Positions 42,307 to 53,285 of a stretch of 64,000 nt of DNA are shown piece after piece. Origin of the DNA: a virus (Duplodnaviria; Heunggongvirae; Uroviricota; Caudoviricetes); the IMG/VR virus record IMGVR_UViG_3300028591_000080, positions 31,745 to 95,744 of that record; one strand, written 5' to 3'. Below the pieces are notes generated by a model, which saw only the letters and a list, made by a program, of their open reading frames with translations, was not told the DNA's origin and made no database searches. Within the stretch, counting starts at the first letter, position 1, and each line of letters starts with the position of its first letter. Made by a program: the position numbers and the translations under genes.

Positions 42307-43002
42307 GTGAAGTGTTATTTATATAATAACTGTAGCCACAAAGATTGTGATAAAGAATTCTGTCTTAGAAAATTTAAGACAGACGTTCTTTATGACTATT
42401 CGTTATTAACAGAACGACAAAAGAATCATATTGAATTAACTCTTATTGGAGATAGTCCATTAGATAGAAAAGATTTAGATGCTTACAAACGTTTAGCAAG
42501 TATTTCAGACAATATTTTAGATTTTATTAATGATGGACGTTCATTATATTTATATTCTAAAATATCCGGTAATGGAAAAACAAGTTGGTCTATAAGATTA
42601 ATTCAATCTTTCTTTAATAAGATTTGGTTAAAATCTGATACTAAATGTCGTGCAATGTTTATTAGTGTACCAAAGTTTTTAATCGAATTAAAAGCTAGTT
42701 TTGATGAACCAAATGAATATATAGATTTTATTAAAAAGAACATTCTAGAAGCAGATTTAGTTGTCTGGGATGATATTGCAGCAAAACCTAGTACAGATTT
42801 TGAAGCAAATTATTTATTAAATTTAATTGATAATAGAATTTCTTACGGTAAGTCAAATATATACACATCTAATTTAACACCTAAAGAAGCTATTGTGTCT
42901 TTAGGAAGTCGTTTATGTAGTAGAATTTGTAATTTAAGTGAAAATATTGAATTATTCGGAACTGATAAACGTAATTTAGCTTTAGCGAAAGGAGAAGAAT
43001 AG
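42307..43002 (+). CDS. DnaC/IstB-like helicase loader
   Basis: Walker A SGNGKT, 'VVWDD', 'YTSN' and 'RLCSRI'. Confidence 0.85.
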   Translation: MKCYLYNNCSHKDCDKEFCLRKFKTDVLYDYSLLTERQKNHIELTLIGDSPLDRKDLDAYKRLASISDNILDFINDGRSLYLYSKISGNGKTSWSIRLIQSFFNKIWLKSDTKCRAMFISVPKFLIELKASFDEPNEYIDFIKKNILEADLVVWDDIAAKPSTDFEANYLLNLIDNRISYGKSNIYTSNLTPKEAIVSLGSRLCSRICNLSENIELFGTDKRNLALAKGEE

Positions 43003-43008
43003 TTTAAT

Positions 43009-44346
43009 ATGGTGAATGTTGTCGCACAATTTCAAATATTAAATAAAGTTTTAGAGACTGGTGATTATTCAATAATCATAAATAATAATTTAACAAAAGA
43101 TTATTTCTTTGATTATACTGCTGAATTTGAGTATATCAAAAACCATTATGAAAAGTATAATAGAGTACCAGATAAATTAACGTTTAAAAATATTTTTACA
43201 GACTTTCAGTTTACAGAAGTAACTGAACCAGATTCATTCTTAGTTTCTGAACTAACAAAACAATATAAAGCAGAGTTTTTAAGAGTTCAATTCAATGAAA
43301 TGAAATCATTATTAGAGAGTGGTCAATCTGAAAAAGCTGAAAAGTTATTTAAGAATGCTTATGATAGCTTATCTTCAAATAATGTTGGTATAACTTGTGT
43401 TGATTTATTCCAAGATACATCTAGATATGATCATTATTTAGATAAAACAAAGGATAAATCTAAATATTATATTTCAACTGGTCTACCAGAATTAGATCAA
43501 GCAATTGGTGGTATTGATAGACAAAATGAAAATCTAGTTATTGCAGCTCGAACCGGTATTGGTAAGACACAATTATTAGTTAAAATGGCAGTTGAAGCAT
43601 CTAGACAAGGTTTAAATGTTGGATTTTATGAAGGAGAAATGTCTCAAGATAAAATCGGTGCTCGTGTAGATACAATGTTTGGTAATATTCAAAATACAAG
43701 TATTAATCGTGGTGATTTATTTATTCAAAAAGAATATGAACAATATATTAAATCATTACCAGGAATGAATTGTACTTTAAAAGTTTTAACTTCTGATATG
43801 TTAGGAAGATATCCAACTGTTTCTGATTTAAGAGCATTTATTAAAAAGTATAATCTAGATATTTTATTTATTGACCAGTATTCATTAATGGAAGATGAAA
43901 GTAAATATAAAACTAAGAACAGATATGAAGCTATTGCAAATATTGCAAAAGATATTAAAAATCTTCAAGTACTAACTCAAATTCCTATTATTTCAGTTTC
44001 TCAAATGAACAGAACTGGTTCTACTGATGAAAATGGTAAGAAAGCTGACCCTAATACTACTCAAATTGCTGGTTCTGATATGATCAGTCAATATGGAACA
44101 ACAATTTTAATGTTAGAAAAGCAAGATAAAGTTCTTACAATTCATATTTCTAAAGCTCGTGATGGAGCATTAGTAGATAAATTAAAATATCAAATCGATT
44201 TCAATGTAGGAACATTTAATTATATTCCAGTTGAAGGTGATACTATCGCAACTGAAGAAGATTATCAGTCTATTGAAGATAGTTATTCTCCTGAAAAGGC
44301 TTCTATTGAGAAATTTGAAATCGGTAGTGAAGATATGCCTTGGTAG
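43009..44346 (+). CDS. Replicative helicase (DnaB family)
   Basis: 'ARTGIGKT', 'GEM', 'FIDQYSL', 'SQMNR' and 'KARDG'. Confidence 0.92.
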   Translation: MVNVVAQFQILNKVLETGDYSIIINNNLTKDYFFDYTAEFEYIKNHYEKYNRVPDKLTFKNIFTDFQFTEVTEPDSFLVSELTKQYKAEFLRVQFNEMKSLLESGQSEKAEKLFKNAYDSLSSNNVGITCVDLFQDTSRYDHYLDKTKDKSKYYISTGLPELDQAIGGIDRQNENLVIAARTGIGKTQLLVKMAVEASRQGLNVGFYEGEMSQDKIGARVDTMFGNIQNTSINRGDLFIQKEYEQYIKSLPGMNCTLKVLTSDMLGRYPTVSDLRAFIKKYNLDILFIDQYSLMEDESKYKTKNRYEAIANIAKDIKNLQVLTQIPIISVSQMNRTGSTDENGKKADPNTTQIAGSDMISQYGTTILMLEKQDKVLTIHISKARDGALVDKLKYQIDFNVGTFNYIPVEGDTIATEEDYQSIEDSYSPEKASIEKFEIGSEDMPW

Positions 44347-44358
44347 TGGAGTGTTATT

Positions 44359-45330
44359 ATGATATATGTAGATAATTATGTTATAGATAAACCAATAATA
44401 GAAATATTAGATGAGATAAAAATATTAATTCACAATGGCAAGTTATCTTCATATCGTAAAACAGGCTCTGGAATTAAAGTAACGTGTCCAGTGCATAATA
44501 ATGGTCGAGAACAAAAACCATCTTGTTATATAAGAGAATCAGATGGAGTGTATCACTGCTTTGCTTGTTCAAGTAAAGGACCATTTTATACATTTGTGGC
44601 TCATTGCTTCGAGACTTCTGAAGAAGAAGCAAAACAATGGTTAATTCAAAAATATGGTGTAAAAACTAGTGAGAAGTTTATTATAGGTGACGATATTGAA
44701 CGAAATTATAATTATTCAAAGTATCAAGCTTATATCGATGAAAATATTCTAAAAGAATTTAAGGATTGGACACCATATTTTAAAACCAGAGGTATTACTA
44801 GAGAAACTGCAAAAAGATTTAATCTTAAATATGATGCTGAACACAGACTTGCAGTTTTTCCATGTTATGATATTAAAGGTAATTTAGTTATGTTGCACAC
44901 TCGTTCGATAGATAGAAAAACATTTTGTCTAGACAAGGACGTTCCGAAACCTGTTTTTGGATTATATAATATTATAAGAGATGGTGAAACTAAAGCAGTA
45001 ATAACTGAAGGTCCATTTGATGCTTTAAAAGCAAGCCAATTTGGAATTCCAGGATGTGCAACACTTGGAAATTTATCACCATCACAAATTGAACAAATTA
45101 ATGAATCAGGAATAAAAACATTGTATATTATGTTCGATAATGATGTTCATGGTAGAGAATTTGCTGAGACATTAAAAAAGAATTTATCTAAAAGTATAAT
45201 TTTTTATGAACCAGAATTACCTCTTGACAAAAAAGATGTCGGAGAATTAAACTATGAAGAATTTTGGAACGCTATAAATAATTGTACAAATGAGATAAAA
45301 CGTAAAAAATCACAAATTATCATTGTATAA
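44359..45330 (+). CDS. DNA primase (CHC2 Zn finger plus TOPRIM)
   Basis: 'CPVH...CFAC', 'TEGPFDA', 'FDND' and 'KDVGE'. Confidence 0.92.
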   Translation: MIYVDNYVIDKPIIEILDEIKILIHNGKLSSYRKTGSGIKVTCPVHNNGREQKPSCYIRESDGVYHCFACSSKGPFYTFVAHCFETSEEEAKQWLIQKYGVKTSEKFIIGDDIERNYNYSKYQAYIDENILKEFKDWTPYFKTRGITRETAKRFNLKYDAEHRLAVFPCYDIKGNLVMLHTRSIDRKTFCLDKDVPKPVFGLYNIIRDGETKAVITEGPFDALKASQFGIPGCATLGNLSPSQIEQINESGIKTLYIMFDNDVHGREFAETLKKNLSKSIIFYEPELPLDKKDVGELNYEEFWNAINNCTNEIKRKKSQIIIV

Positions 45331-45373
45331 TTAATTGTGAACAAAAAATTTATAAGGAGATATTTTATTAATT

Positions 45374-46291
45374 ATGGCAGAAATTAAGACTTATGCACAA
45401 TACAAGAAAATGGTAGAGGAAAACGAAGCTAGAAAGGCTGCTCAAGCTAACGGTGATTCAGGTAATGCTGGTCCTGGTATTAGATTTTTAAAGTTTGAAG
45501 GTAATGTTAAGAATGCATTAGTAAGATTTGCATTTGATTCTGTTGATGACATTGAGTTTAATACAGTTCATGGTACTGTATTCCAAAGTCAAGGTTATAC
45601 AGGTTTAAAGAACAGATTTACAAGTATTAAATGTTTAGATGAAGGTTGTCCATTCTGTAAGGCAGCTAGAGCTGAAGGTGGACACAAGGTAATTAAGAAG
45701 AGAGAAATCAAGGTTTATATTAAGATGTTAGTATCTTATATTGATCCAGTAACTGGAGCTTTATCAGAACCAGTTCCAACTATTTGGGAAAGAAATGCAG
45801 GATTCATTGATCAATTAGATGCTAAGCGTGTATCTTTAGGAAATGCACCATTAAGTAGTTTCTTATTTACATTAACTAAGGTTAAGACTGCTGATAAGAC
45901 AACTTATCAAATGGATGTAGCTTTACCTCAAGTATTCCCAGACACGTCTATTCCAAAGGATTTCAGTGCATTTGCAAACTTCAGAACTAAAGGATTTACT
46001 TATGTAGAAAAGACAGCTGAAGAAATGGAAGAGTTTATTGCAACTGGTAAGTTTAGTGCTCCAGCTCAAACAAACCAAGCAACTCAAACTCCACAAACAG
46101 TTCAAACAGCTCAAACTAATGTAAATCAAAATGTAGCTTCTCAACCAAATACTGCTTCTCAACAAGCAGTTCAAACAGAAACTCAAGTTCAACAAGCTCA
46201 ACAAGCTCAAACTGTTCAACAACCTGCTCAAACAAACCCAACAGTAACTACTAATAATAGTGGACGTAATAATTTCAATTGGGGTTTCTAA
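45374..46291 (+). CDS. Single-stranded DNA-binding protein (gp32-like, Zn)
   Basis: H...C-x4-CPFC, a Q/T-rich tail, and position between primase and polymerase. Confidence 0.7.
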   Translation: MAEIKTYAQYKKMVEENEARKAAQANGDSGNAGPGIRFLKFEGNVKNALVRFAFDSVDDIEFNTVHGTVFQSQGYTGLKNRFTSIKCLDEGCPFCKAARAEGGHKVIKKREIKVYIKMLVSYIDPVTGALSEPVPTIWERNAGFIDQLDAKRVSLGNAPLSSFLFTLTKVKTADKTTYQMDVALPQVFPDTSIPKDFSAFANFRTKGFTYVEKTAEEMEEFIATGKFSAPAQTNQATQTPQTVQTAQTNVNQNVASQPNTASQQAVQTETQVQQAQQAQTVQQPAQTNPTVTTNNSGRNNFNWGF

Positions 46292-46317
46292 TTTAAATTT
46301 AATATTAAATTAATTTA

Positions 46318-46350
46318 AAGAGTGGATTATAAGTTATTAAGTCCACTCTT
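46318..46350 (+). terminator. Stem-loop after SSB
   Basis: AAGAGTGGAT...GTCCACTCTT inverted repeat. Confidence 0.55.
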
Positions 46351-46372
46351 AATTTATAAATAAGGAGACTTT

Positions 46373-48217
46373 ATGGATATTTTAGGATTATTTGATGATA
46401 TAGATCTAAATAAAAATAAGAAAAAATCTATTAACGATTTATTAGCTTTAATTAAAGCAAAAGAAGCTACTGAATCTGATATAAAAACTGTATTAAAATC
46501 TAATAAAATCTCTATTGATGAAAGAATTTCAATTATTCATGAACGTGTTTTAAAAGTTTTAGGAAAACAAAAGAAAAATATTGTTGTTATCTCAGATAAA
46601 ACTGAATTTCATAATTATATTCTTGAAGCTTGTAAGGTTGGTGTATTAGCTGTCGATACCGAAACTAATAACTCATTGGATCCAATTACTTGTAAAATAA
46701 TTGGTTTATGTTTACATTATCCAGGCGGTAAACAAGCATATATTCCTATTAACCACAGAGACCCACATACAAAAAAGCGTTTAGACTGGCAATTAACGGA
46801 AAAAGATATTGCTGATGAATTTAATTTCTTAGCTGAATTACGTTCTAAATGGCAACCAGAATTTACTGCTCCATCTCAAGTTGAAACACAACAATATTTA
46901 GAATATTGGATTGAACATAAATTAAAAAGAAATGAAGATGTTCCATGTCCATTAATTGTTATGGCTAATGGTAAATTCGATAGAGAAGTTATTTATTGTA
47001 CTTGTGGAGTATTAGTTCCAGTCGATTACGATACTCAACTTGCAGCAAGATTAATCGATGAGAATGATTTAGCAGGTTTGAAATACTTATATACTAAGTT
47101 TATTGATAAAACACAGTCTAAATATAATCTAGAAGGTTTATATTTAAATACTTTCTATGCTGATTCTGATCCAAATATTTTTGCATTATACGCTGCGACA
47201 GATGCATTAATGACAAATAAAGTTTGTGAATTCCAATTAAAAACTTTATTAGCTGAAGGAAACGAGCGTTTATTTAAATTATTTACAAGAGTAGAAATGA
47301 ATATATTATTAGCAACAGCAGCTCAAGAATTAGTTGGAATTAAAGTTGATGAAGTATACGGTAAAATGTTAAAGAAGAAATATACTAGATTAGTAGAACA
47401 ATTGGATGAAAAGGTTGAAGTTGAAATGGCCCAATATAAACCACTAATTGACCAATGGAGATTAACTCCAGAAGCTAATGAAAAGACTATTGTATATGTA
47501 CCAAAGAAAACAAAATTATCTTTAAGTGATATTAAGAAAAAATATCCAAATGTTGATGAAGAAGGTAATAGATTTAAATATGGTGCAACTAAATCTGAAC
47601 AATTAAACTGGCCAATTCCATTAAGTTCTCCAGTTCAATTATCTATTTTATTATATGACGTCTTAAAAATGCCAGTTGTGGATAAAGAAAATCCTCGTGG
47701 TACTGGTGGTGATATTCTAGAAGAAATGAATGAATTAAAACCTACAAAATTAATTGGTTATATTCTAGAACGTCGTGGTTATATGAAATTAATTTCAACT
47801 TATATTGATACTATTCCAATCTTATGTAAGCATTGGCCAGATGGTCGTATTAGATTCCACTTAAATCAATTAGGAACTGATACAGGAAGATTTTCTTCTG
47901 GTGGTGATATTGCTTATGTGGATAATTATGGAACTGATGAAGAGGAAAGAGTAGAAGTTCCTGGAATTAATATTCAGAATATTCCAAGTGGTAGTACAAA
48001 TATTAGAACATTATTTGTTGGTGAAACTACTTATGGTGAAAAAGATTTTACAGATAATTTTGAAATTAATGAATATGAAGAATTAGAAACAAATAATGGT
48101 TATAAATATTGTAAAGATTTAACTCAGGATGATTTATTAGTTACAGATGAGGGTTTATTCAAGATTAAAGAAATAAGCTATTCTAAACAAAATAAGACTT
48201 ATTCTATAAGTATTTAG
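46373..48217 (+). CDS. polA: Family A DNA polymerase, N-terminal half (3'-5' exonuclease plus thumb), with Hint-like C-terminal tail
   Basis: ExoI 'VDTET', ExoII 'NGKFD', ExoIII 'YAATD', 'TGRFSS' and 'NIQNIP'. Ends at TAG. Confidence 0.9.
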   Translation: MDILGLFDDIDLNKNKKKSINDLLALIKAKEATESDIKTVLKSNKISIDERISIIHERVLKVLGKQKKNIVVISDKTEFHNYILEACKVGVLAVDTETNNSLDPITCKIIGLCLHYPGGKQAYIPINHRDPHTKKRLDWQLTEKDIADEFNFLAELRSKWQPEFTAPSQVETQQYLEYWIEHKLKRNEDVPCPLIVMANGKFDREVIYCTCGVLVPVDYDTQLAARLIDENDLAGLKYLYTKFIDKTQSKYNLEGLYLNTFYADSDPNIFALYAATDALMTNKVCEFQLKTLLAEGNERLFKLFTRVEMNILLATAAQELVGIKVDEVYGKMLKKKYTRLVEQLDEKVEVEMAQYKPLIDQWRLTPEANEKTIVYVPKKTKLSLSDIKKKYPNVDEEGNRFKYGATKSEQLNWPIPLSSPVQLSILLYDVLKMPVVDKENPRGTGGDILEEMNELKPTKLIGYILERRGYMKLISTYIDTIPILCKHWPDGRIRFHLNQLGTDTGRFSSGGDIAYVDNYGTDEEERVEVPGINIQNIPSGSTNIRTLFVGETTYGEKDFTDNFEINEYEELETNNGYKYCKDLTQDDLLVTDEGLFKIKEISYSKQNKTYSISI

Positions 48218-48227
48218 GAGAGGTATT

Positions 48228-49415
48228 ATGAAGATTAAAACAAGAATTAGACGAAAAATCGTAGGTTCAGACTTCTCAGCTCAAGAACCTCGTTTAACAT
48301 GTCACTTATCTGGTGAGGAAAAAATGTTAAATGCATACTTAGAAGGTAAAGACTTATATGCTGTTATTTCTGCTGGTGCTTTAAAGAATAATTATGAAGA
48401 TAATCTTGAATTTTATCCTGAAGGTACTGAAATAGAAATAGATGGAAAGAAAATTATTGCTGGACATAAAACTCATAAAAATTTACAAGGTAAAGCTAAT
48501 AGAACTATTGGTAAAAAACTTTTATTAGCATCTACTTATGGTATGGGTGCTGCAAGAGCTGGTATGACAATGGGTAAATCAAAAGAGGAAGGTCAAGAAC
48601 TACTTGATAACTTCTTCGCAGAATTCAGTAAAGTAAAAGAAGCTATTGATTATTCAAAAGAGAGTTTAAAAAAGTACGGTTATGTTGAAGACTGGTTCGG
48701 TAGACGTAGACATTTACCAAAATATTTCTTACCTAGATTCGAAATTAGGTATGAGGATCCAACTAAAAATAAAACTGAGACATTTAATCCAATTTTAGGT
48801 TGTAAAGATAGAGAATTAGTTACTGATAAAATGAAATCTTATTTAGCTAAAGCTGAAGAATGTAAAGGTGATAAAGCTTTTGAAAAGCTCCAACAACAAG
48901 CTAGAAAAGATGGTTATATTTTAATATCAAATACTGGAACTATCGCACAATGTGAAAGACAATGCTTTAACGCAAGAATTCAAGGTGGTGCTGCTACTTT
49001 AACAAAGATAGCAATGGTAAATATTTATTTTGATGAAAAATTAAAAGAATATGGTGCTAGATTAGTTTGTTCAGTACATGATGAAATATTAGTTGAATGT
49101 CTAGACTTCTATAATAAAGAAGTAGAAGAAAGATTACCACAAATTATGATTGATTCAGCTAAACCTTATATGAAAGTTCCAATGAGTTGTGACCCATATA
49201 ATGTTCAACGTTGGTATGGTGATGAGTTAGCTAACCATATTTTAGATGATTTTAAGAAATTAGAGTCTAAAGGTAAGTCTTTCGAAGAAGCAAAAGATAT
49301 TATCCTTGAAGAAAATTGTGAATTACCTAAACAAGCAGTAATAGATGTTTTAACTAATAAAAAAGATGTTATTGAATGGGATCCAGATGACCCTAAAGTT
49401 TGGGAAGACAAATAA
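48228..49415 (+). CDS. polA: Family A DNA polymerase, C-terminal half (motifs A, B, C)
   Basis: 'DFSAQEPR', 'R...K...LASTYG', 'IQGGAA' and 'VHDE'. Own GGAGAGG RBS and a different frame from the N-half. Confidence 0.9.
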   Translation: MKIKTRIRRKIVGSDFSAQEPRLTCHLSGEEKMLNAYLEGKDLYAVISAGALKNNYEDNLEFYPEGTEIEIDGKKIIAGHKTHKNLQGKANRTIGKKLLLASTYGMGAARAGMTMGKSKEEGQELLDNFFAEFSKVKEAIDYSKESLKKYGYVEDWFGRRRHLPKYFLPRFEIRYEDPTKNKTETFNPILGCKDRELVTDKMKSYLAKAEECKGDKAFEKLQQQARKDGYILISNTGTIAQCERQCFNARIQGGAATLTKIAMVNIYFDEKLKEYGARLVCSVHDEILVECLDFYNKEVEERLPQIMIDSAKPYMKVPMSCDPYNVQRWYGDELANHILDDFKKLESKGKSFEEAKDIILEENCELPKQAVIDVLTNKKDVIEWDPDDPKVWEDK

Positions 49416-49464
49416 AATATTGTATAATAATATATAATAAAAATATTGAAAGTATGGTGAAATA

Positions 49465-50607
49465 ATGTTAATAAAAACAGAAAATATTAAAGAATTAGTT
49501 TCATTAATTAGTACTGCACGTAGTGTAGATTCTAAGAATATTGAAGATGTAAAGCTTAATACTAAAGATAATTTATTATATTTAAGCGTTACAAATAAAG
49601 AATATTATGTTTCTGTAAAAGCAGAAGCTGAGCCAACAGACAATTCAGAAGATAAATCTGCTGTAGTTGGTGCTGAAGCATTCTTAACTTTAGTTTCAAG
49701 TTTAGCTTCAGAAGAAATTGAATTAATTTTTGAAGAAACATCTTTAAAAATTAAGAGTGGCAAATCAAAGTATTCATTACCATATATTGTTAGAGAATTA
49801 AATAATCAGATTAAACCAATAGTAATTGAAAATAAACTTTCTGAATTTGATTTTTCTTTAGCTAATTTGGAATCAATCTTAAATGTTAATGCTAAAGAAG
49901 TAAAGAAAGTAAAGGATTCAGATGATCCAATTCATCATTTATTCTATCTAACAAAGAATGGATGTTTTACATTTGGAATCGGTAGCTGTTTTAATCAATT
50001 TGAATTAAATACTGATGCAGAATTAATGTTAAGTGAACATTTTGTAAATCTATTTAAGTTATTTACTACTGATGTTAAAGCTACTTATGGAGTTGATAAT
50101 GCAACAGCTAAGTTATCTTTAGTTTCAGATAAGGTTTATTTATGTTCTTATATTAATATTGATGATATTTTAATTACTAGAATTCGATCAAATTATGAAT
50201 CTTCAAAGAGAATGTTTAATTTAGATTATAGTCATAATGTTGATTTCCCAGTTAAAGCTTTCTATGAAGTTTTAAATAGATTAGATACTTTTAGAAAGTC
50301 AACAGATGATTTATTTGAAAAGACAACTTCTCTAGTTAATTTAGTTTTAAATGAAAATGAATGTACAATTATTGATAAGAATAAGAATATGGAATATTTA
50401 GAACTTGGAACTAAGGTCGAAGCTCCTATTTCAATTATAATTAATACTTATGATATTAAATCAATCTTAAATAGTTGTACTACAGATTTAATTAATATTA
50501 AGTTTGGAATTAAGTCAGATGTAATAAGAACAAATCCGATTTTAATTACTTATAATAATGTATATAACTTAATTCCAGAATGGCCTAGATCTGAATTTGG
50601 AGAATAA
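49465..50607 (+). CDS. Sliding clamp (DnaN/beta-like)
   Basis: 380 aa with a three-domain beta-clamp pattern ('LYLSVTNKEY', 'LKIKSGKSKYSLP'), directly after the polymerase. Confidence 0.7.
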   Translation: MLIKTENIKELVSLISTARSVDSKNIEDVKLNTKDNLLYLSVTNKEYYVSVKAEAEPTDNSEDKSAVVGAEAFLTLVSSLASEEIELIFEETSLKIKSGKSKYSLPYIVRELNNQIKPIVIENKLSEFDFSLANLESILNVNAKEVKKVKDSDDPIHHLFYLTKNGCFTFGIGSCFNQFELNTDAELMLSEHFVNLFKLFTTDVKATYGVDNATAKLSLVSDKVYLCSYINIDDILITRIRSNYESSKRMFNLDYSHNVDFPVKAFYEVLNRLDTFRKSTDDLFEKTTSLVNLVLNENECTIIDKNKNMEYLELGTKVEAPISIIINTYDIKSILNSCTTDLINIKFGIKSDVIRTNPILITYNNVYNLIPEWPRSEFGE

Positions 50608-50609
50608 AA

Positions 50610-51104
50610 ATGGCATATAATTTTGGTAAAGCTTGGGAAGAACACTTTAAAGATTACTGGTCTAAATCATTTCCAGAATATCTAATTGCTCGTTTATACG
50701 ATCAAATAACAAAATATAAAGATGTATCTCAAAATCCTGCCGATTATTATTCATTTTTAGAAGATAAATTAATTTATTTAGAATGCAAAGTTACAGAAGA
50801 AAATACTTTAAATTTTCAAAAATTTCCTCAATTAGAACGTATGTATAAGTTATCAACAACCTATAAAAATGTTATGGGATATGTAGTTATTTGGTATAAG
50901 AGCCATGATTTAGTGGTCATGGTCTCTGACCAAGAAGCTATGAGAATTAAAAATGATGGAAATAAATCTATTAATGTTAAGTTATTTACTTCAAAATCTA
51001 CTGATTATAAATATATAATCGTACCTACAAAGAAACTTTCAACATTCTTAAAATGTGATTTTTTATCAATTAAAGATAAAATATTAAATAGAGAGGTGAT
51101 ATAA
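50610..51104 (+). CDS. RecU-like Holliday junction resolvase
   Basis: 'GKAWE', 'NPADY', 'LECK' and 'QLE'. Confidence 0.75.
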   Translation: MAYNFGKAWEEHFKDYWSKSFPEYLIARLYDQITKYKDVSQNPADYYSFLEDKLIYLECKVTEENTLNFQKFPQLERMYKLSTTYKNVMGYVVIWYKSHDLVVMVSDQEAMRIKNDGNKSINVKLFTSKSTDYKYIIVPTKKLSTFLKCDFLSIKDKILNREVI

Positions 51105-51631
51105 TGATAGATATTACTAATGCTAAAGACGAAGTAAATAAAGTCGTAGATCAATTAGCTGAATCAGTTGCAGATCTTACTAATGAAATGACTGCAGGAT
51201 TAGATAAATTGATTAAAAAAGTTGCTCTTGGTGTTGATTTAATGACCAACGCTGAAATAAGAGAAACTATGGCTAAGATCAGTGTTGAAGCTTATTCTAT
51301 TGGAATTTTAAAAGAACAAAATTCTCTTAGAGATGCTTGTGCAACTGCCTTATATAAAGAAGCAGCAGCACGTTCATTCTCAGTTACAGCCGGTTCTGTA
51401 GAAGCAAAAAAGAATCAATCTGTTCTAGATACTTTAGATAGACAAGCTGTTTCAATATTGTATAATACTTCGACAAACTTATTAAAAACTAAGTGCGATG
51501 AAGCACATAGAATTGTAAGTGTATTAAGTAATATTTTGATCTCAAGAGCTGCTGAAGCTAAGAATCAATATAGCCCACGTAGTGAATTAGATCAAATGCC
51601 TTATAATAATGATGAAAATGGAGATAATTAA
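51104..51631 (+). CDS. Helical hypothetical protein (possible recombination mediator)
   Basis: 175 aa, coupled between RecU and RecA. Confidence 0.65.
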   Translation: MIDITNAKDEVNKVVDQLAESVADLTNEMTAGLDKLIKKVALGVDLMTNAEIRETMAKISVEAYSIGILKEQNSLRDACATALYKEAAARSFSVTAGSVEAKKNQSVLDTLDRQAVSILYNTSTNLLKTKCDEAHRIVSVLSNILISRAAEAKNQYSPRSELDQMPYNNDENGDN

Positions 51632-52896
51632 TGGCTAAAAAGGAAGCAAAAACATTTGCAGAAGCGGTTGCAAATATAAATTCCGCTAATAAAAAATGAA
51701 AAGTTCTTTCATTTGGTGATCCATCTAGAGATTTAAAGAAATTACCTTTAAAATCTCTTCCAATTGATTTATCATTTAAAGGTGGTTTACCTTATGGACA
51801 ATTAGTTACTGTTTCTGGTGTAGAACATTCAGGTAAATCTTCTTACGCTGCAGCAATGATGGCAAGATATCAAGAAGAAAATCCTGGAAAAGTTTGTCTT
51901 TGGATTGATGGAGAAAATACTCTATTAACTCAAGGTGCATATTTTAAATCTGATTATGGTCTATCTTATGATGAAAGTTGTTTCTTAAGGTATGATACTA
52001 CTGGTAAAGCTGCTGAGGAAATTTTTTCAGATGTTATCGATTTACAAGGATATGATGAAATTGGTATGATTGTATTAGATTCATCTAAAGCTTTAATTTC
52101 AATGGCGGATTTAGATAATGAATTTGTTAAAGATAATGGTCAAAGAGCTTCTATTGCTAAGTCTATGGGTAAATTTGTTAGAGCAATGGTTCAATATCTT
52201 CCTAAGAGAAATAATATTTTATTAGTAATAAATCAAGTAACTATTGAAAAAGAAATGTTCTCAACAACATATACTGAATCTGGTGGTTATTCATTAAGAT
52301 TCTTCCCAAGTGTTAAGATTAGATTTGGTACACGTACATTTACTGCTCCAACTGCTACAGGTTTATTAAAAACTGATATTAGTTCATCTAAAGCTCAAAG
52401 TGACTATGCCGATAAGGTTAATGGAATGCAATTCCATTATGTTGTAGTAAAAAATAGAACTAATATTATGACAAATGCTGGTGGATTTATTACAGTTAAA
52501 TTTGGAAAAGGAATTGATAGAGTATATGACTTCTTAGAGGTTATAGAGACTGCTAAAATTTTATTCCATCCATCTCCTAGAACAGAAGCATTAGTTGATC
52601 CAGTAACAGGTGAAATTTTAAAAGATAGAGTTACAGGAAGAGATTTACAATTTTCAAAACATGCTGAATTAGAAAATTATCTTGAAGAAAATAAAGATTT
52701 CTTTGATGAATACTATTTCCAAGTTTTAGATTTCTTATGTGGTAAGAAAGAAAACTTAAATTTATTAGATCAAAATGTCGTAGCTGAATTAATGGATCAA
52801 GAAGCACAGATTATGAAAGATATTCCAACAGAAGCCGCAGCTCTAGCTGCTGATGGACTTACTGAAGAAGATTTACAAGATGTCCAATCCGTTTAG
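51631..52896 (+). CDS. recA: RecA/UvsX-like recombinase; 1 in-frame TGA at 51697
   Basis: ATG 51631 after GGAG. After the TGA come 'GGLPYG' and Walker A 'GVEHSGKS', then 'IDGE', 'VLDS', 'INQ' and 'KNR'; 421 aa. Confidence 0.9.
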
Positions 52897-53275
52897 AATA
52901 AAATCCGAGAGTTCTGGTGGTAAACCCACCAGATTTTTCTCAGATAAACAAGAAAAAGCTGTAGCAAAAGCTACAGGTGGTAAACAAACAAAAAACTCTG
53001 GTGCTTCATTATTTCAAAAATCAGATGTTTTATTAGACGATTTTACTCTAGAATGTAAAACAAAAACATCAAATTCAGAATCAATTTCTATTAAAAAAGA
53101 ATGGTTTGATAAACAACTAAAAGAAAGTATTCAAATGGGTAAACACTATTCAGCTATCGTAATTAATTTTGGTCCTGATGCTCCATATAATGAAAATCAT
53201 TACATTATTGATGAGCGATTATTTAATATGTTATTAGATTATATTGCAGAATTAAAAAACAATCCAGAAGAATAA
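52880..53275 (+). CDS. Hjc-like Holliday junction resolvase / PD-(D/E)xK nuclease
   Basis: 'QEKAVAK', 'NSGA', 'SDV' and 'LECKT'. Confidence 0.7.
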   Translation: MSNPFRIKSESSGGKPTRFFSDKQEKAVAKATGGKQTKNSGASLFQKSDVLLDDFTLECKTKTSNSESISIKKEWFDKQLKESIQMGKHYSAIVINFGPDAPYNENHYIIDERLFNMLLDYIAELKNNPEE

Positions 53276-53285
53276 GGAGATTAAT

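Noticed and set aside
48215-48230. TAG read-through (code 15) or an intron joining the PolA halves
   Set aside because: The halves are 10 nt apart and out of frame, the second has its own RBS, and there is no room for an intron. TAG is a true stop in many other genes.
48023-48254. Functional split intein
   Set aside because: No N-terminal Cys/Ser nucleophile at the junction and no terminal His-Asn plus Cys/Ser/Thr, so it is reported only as a remnant.
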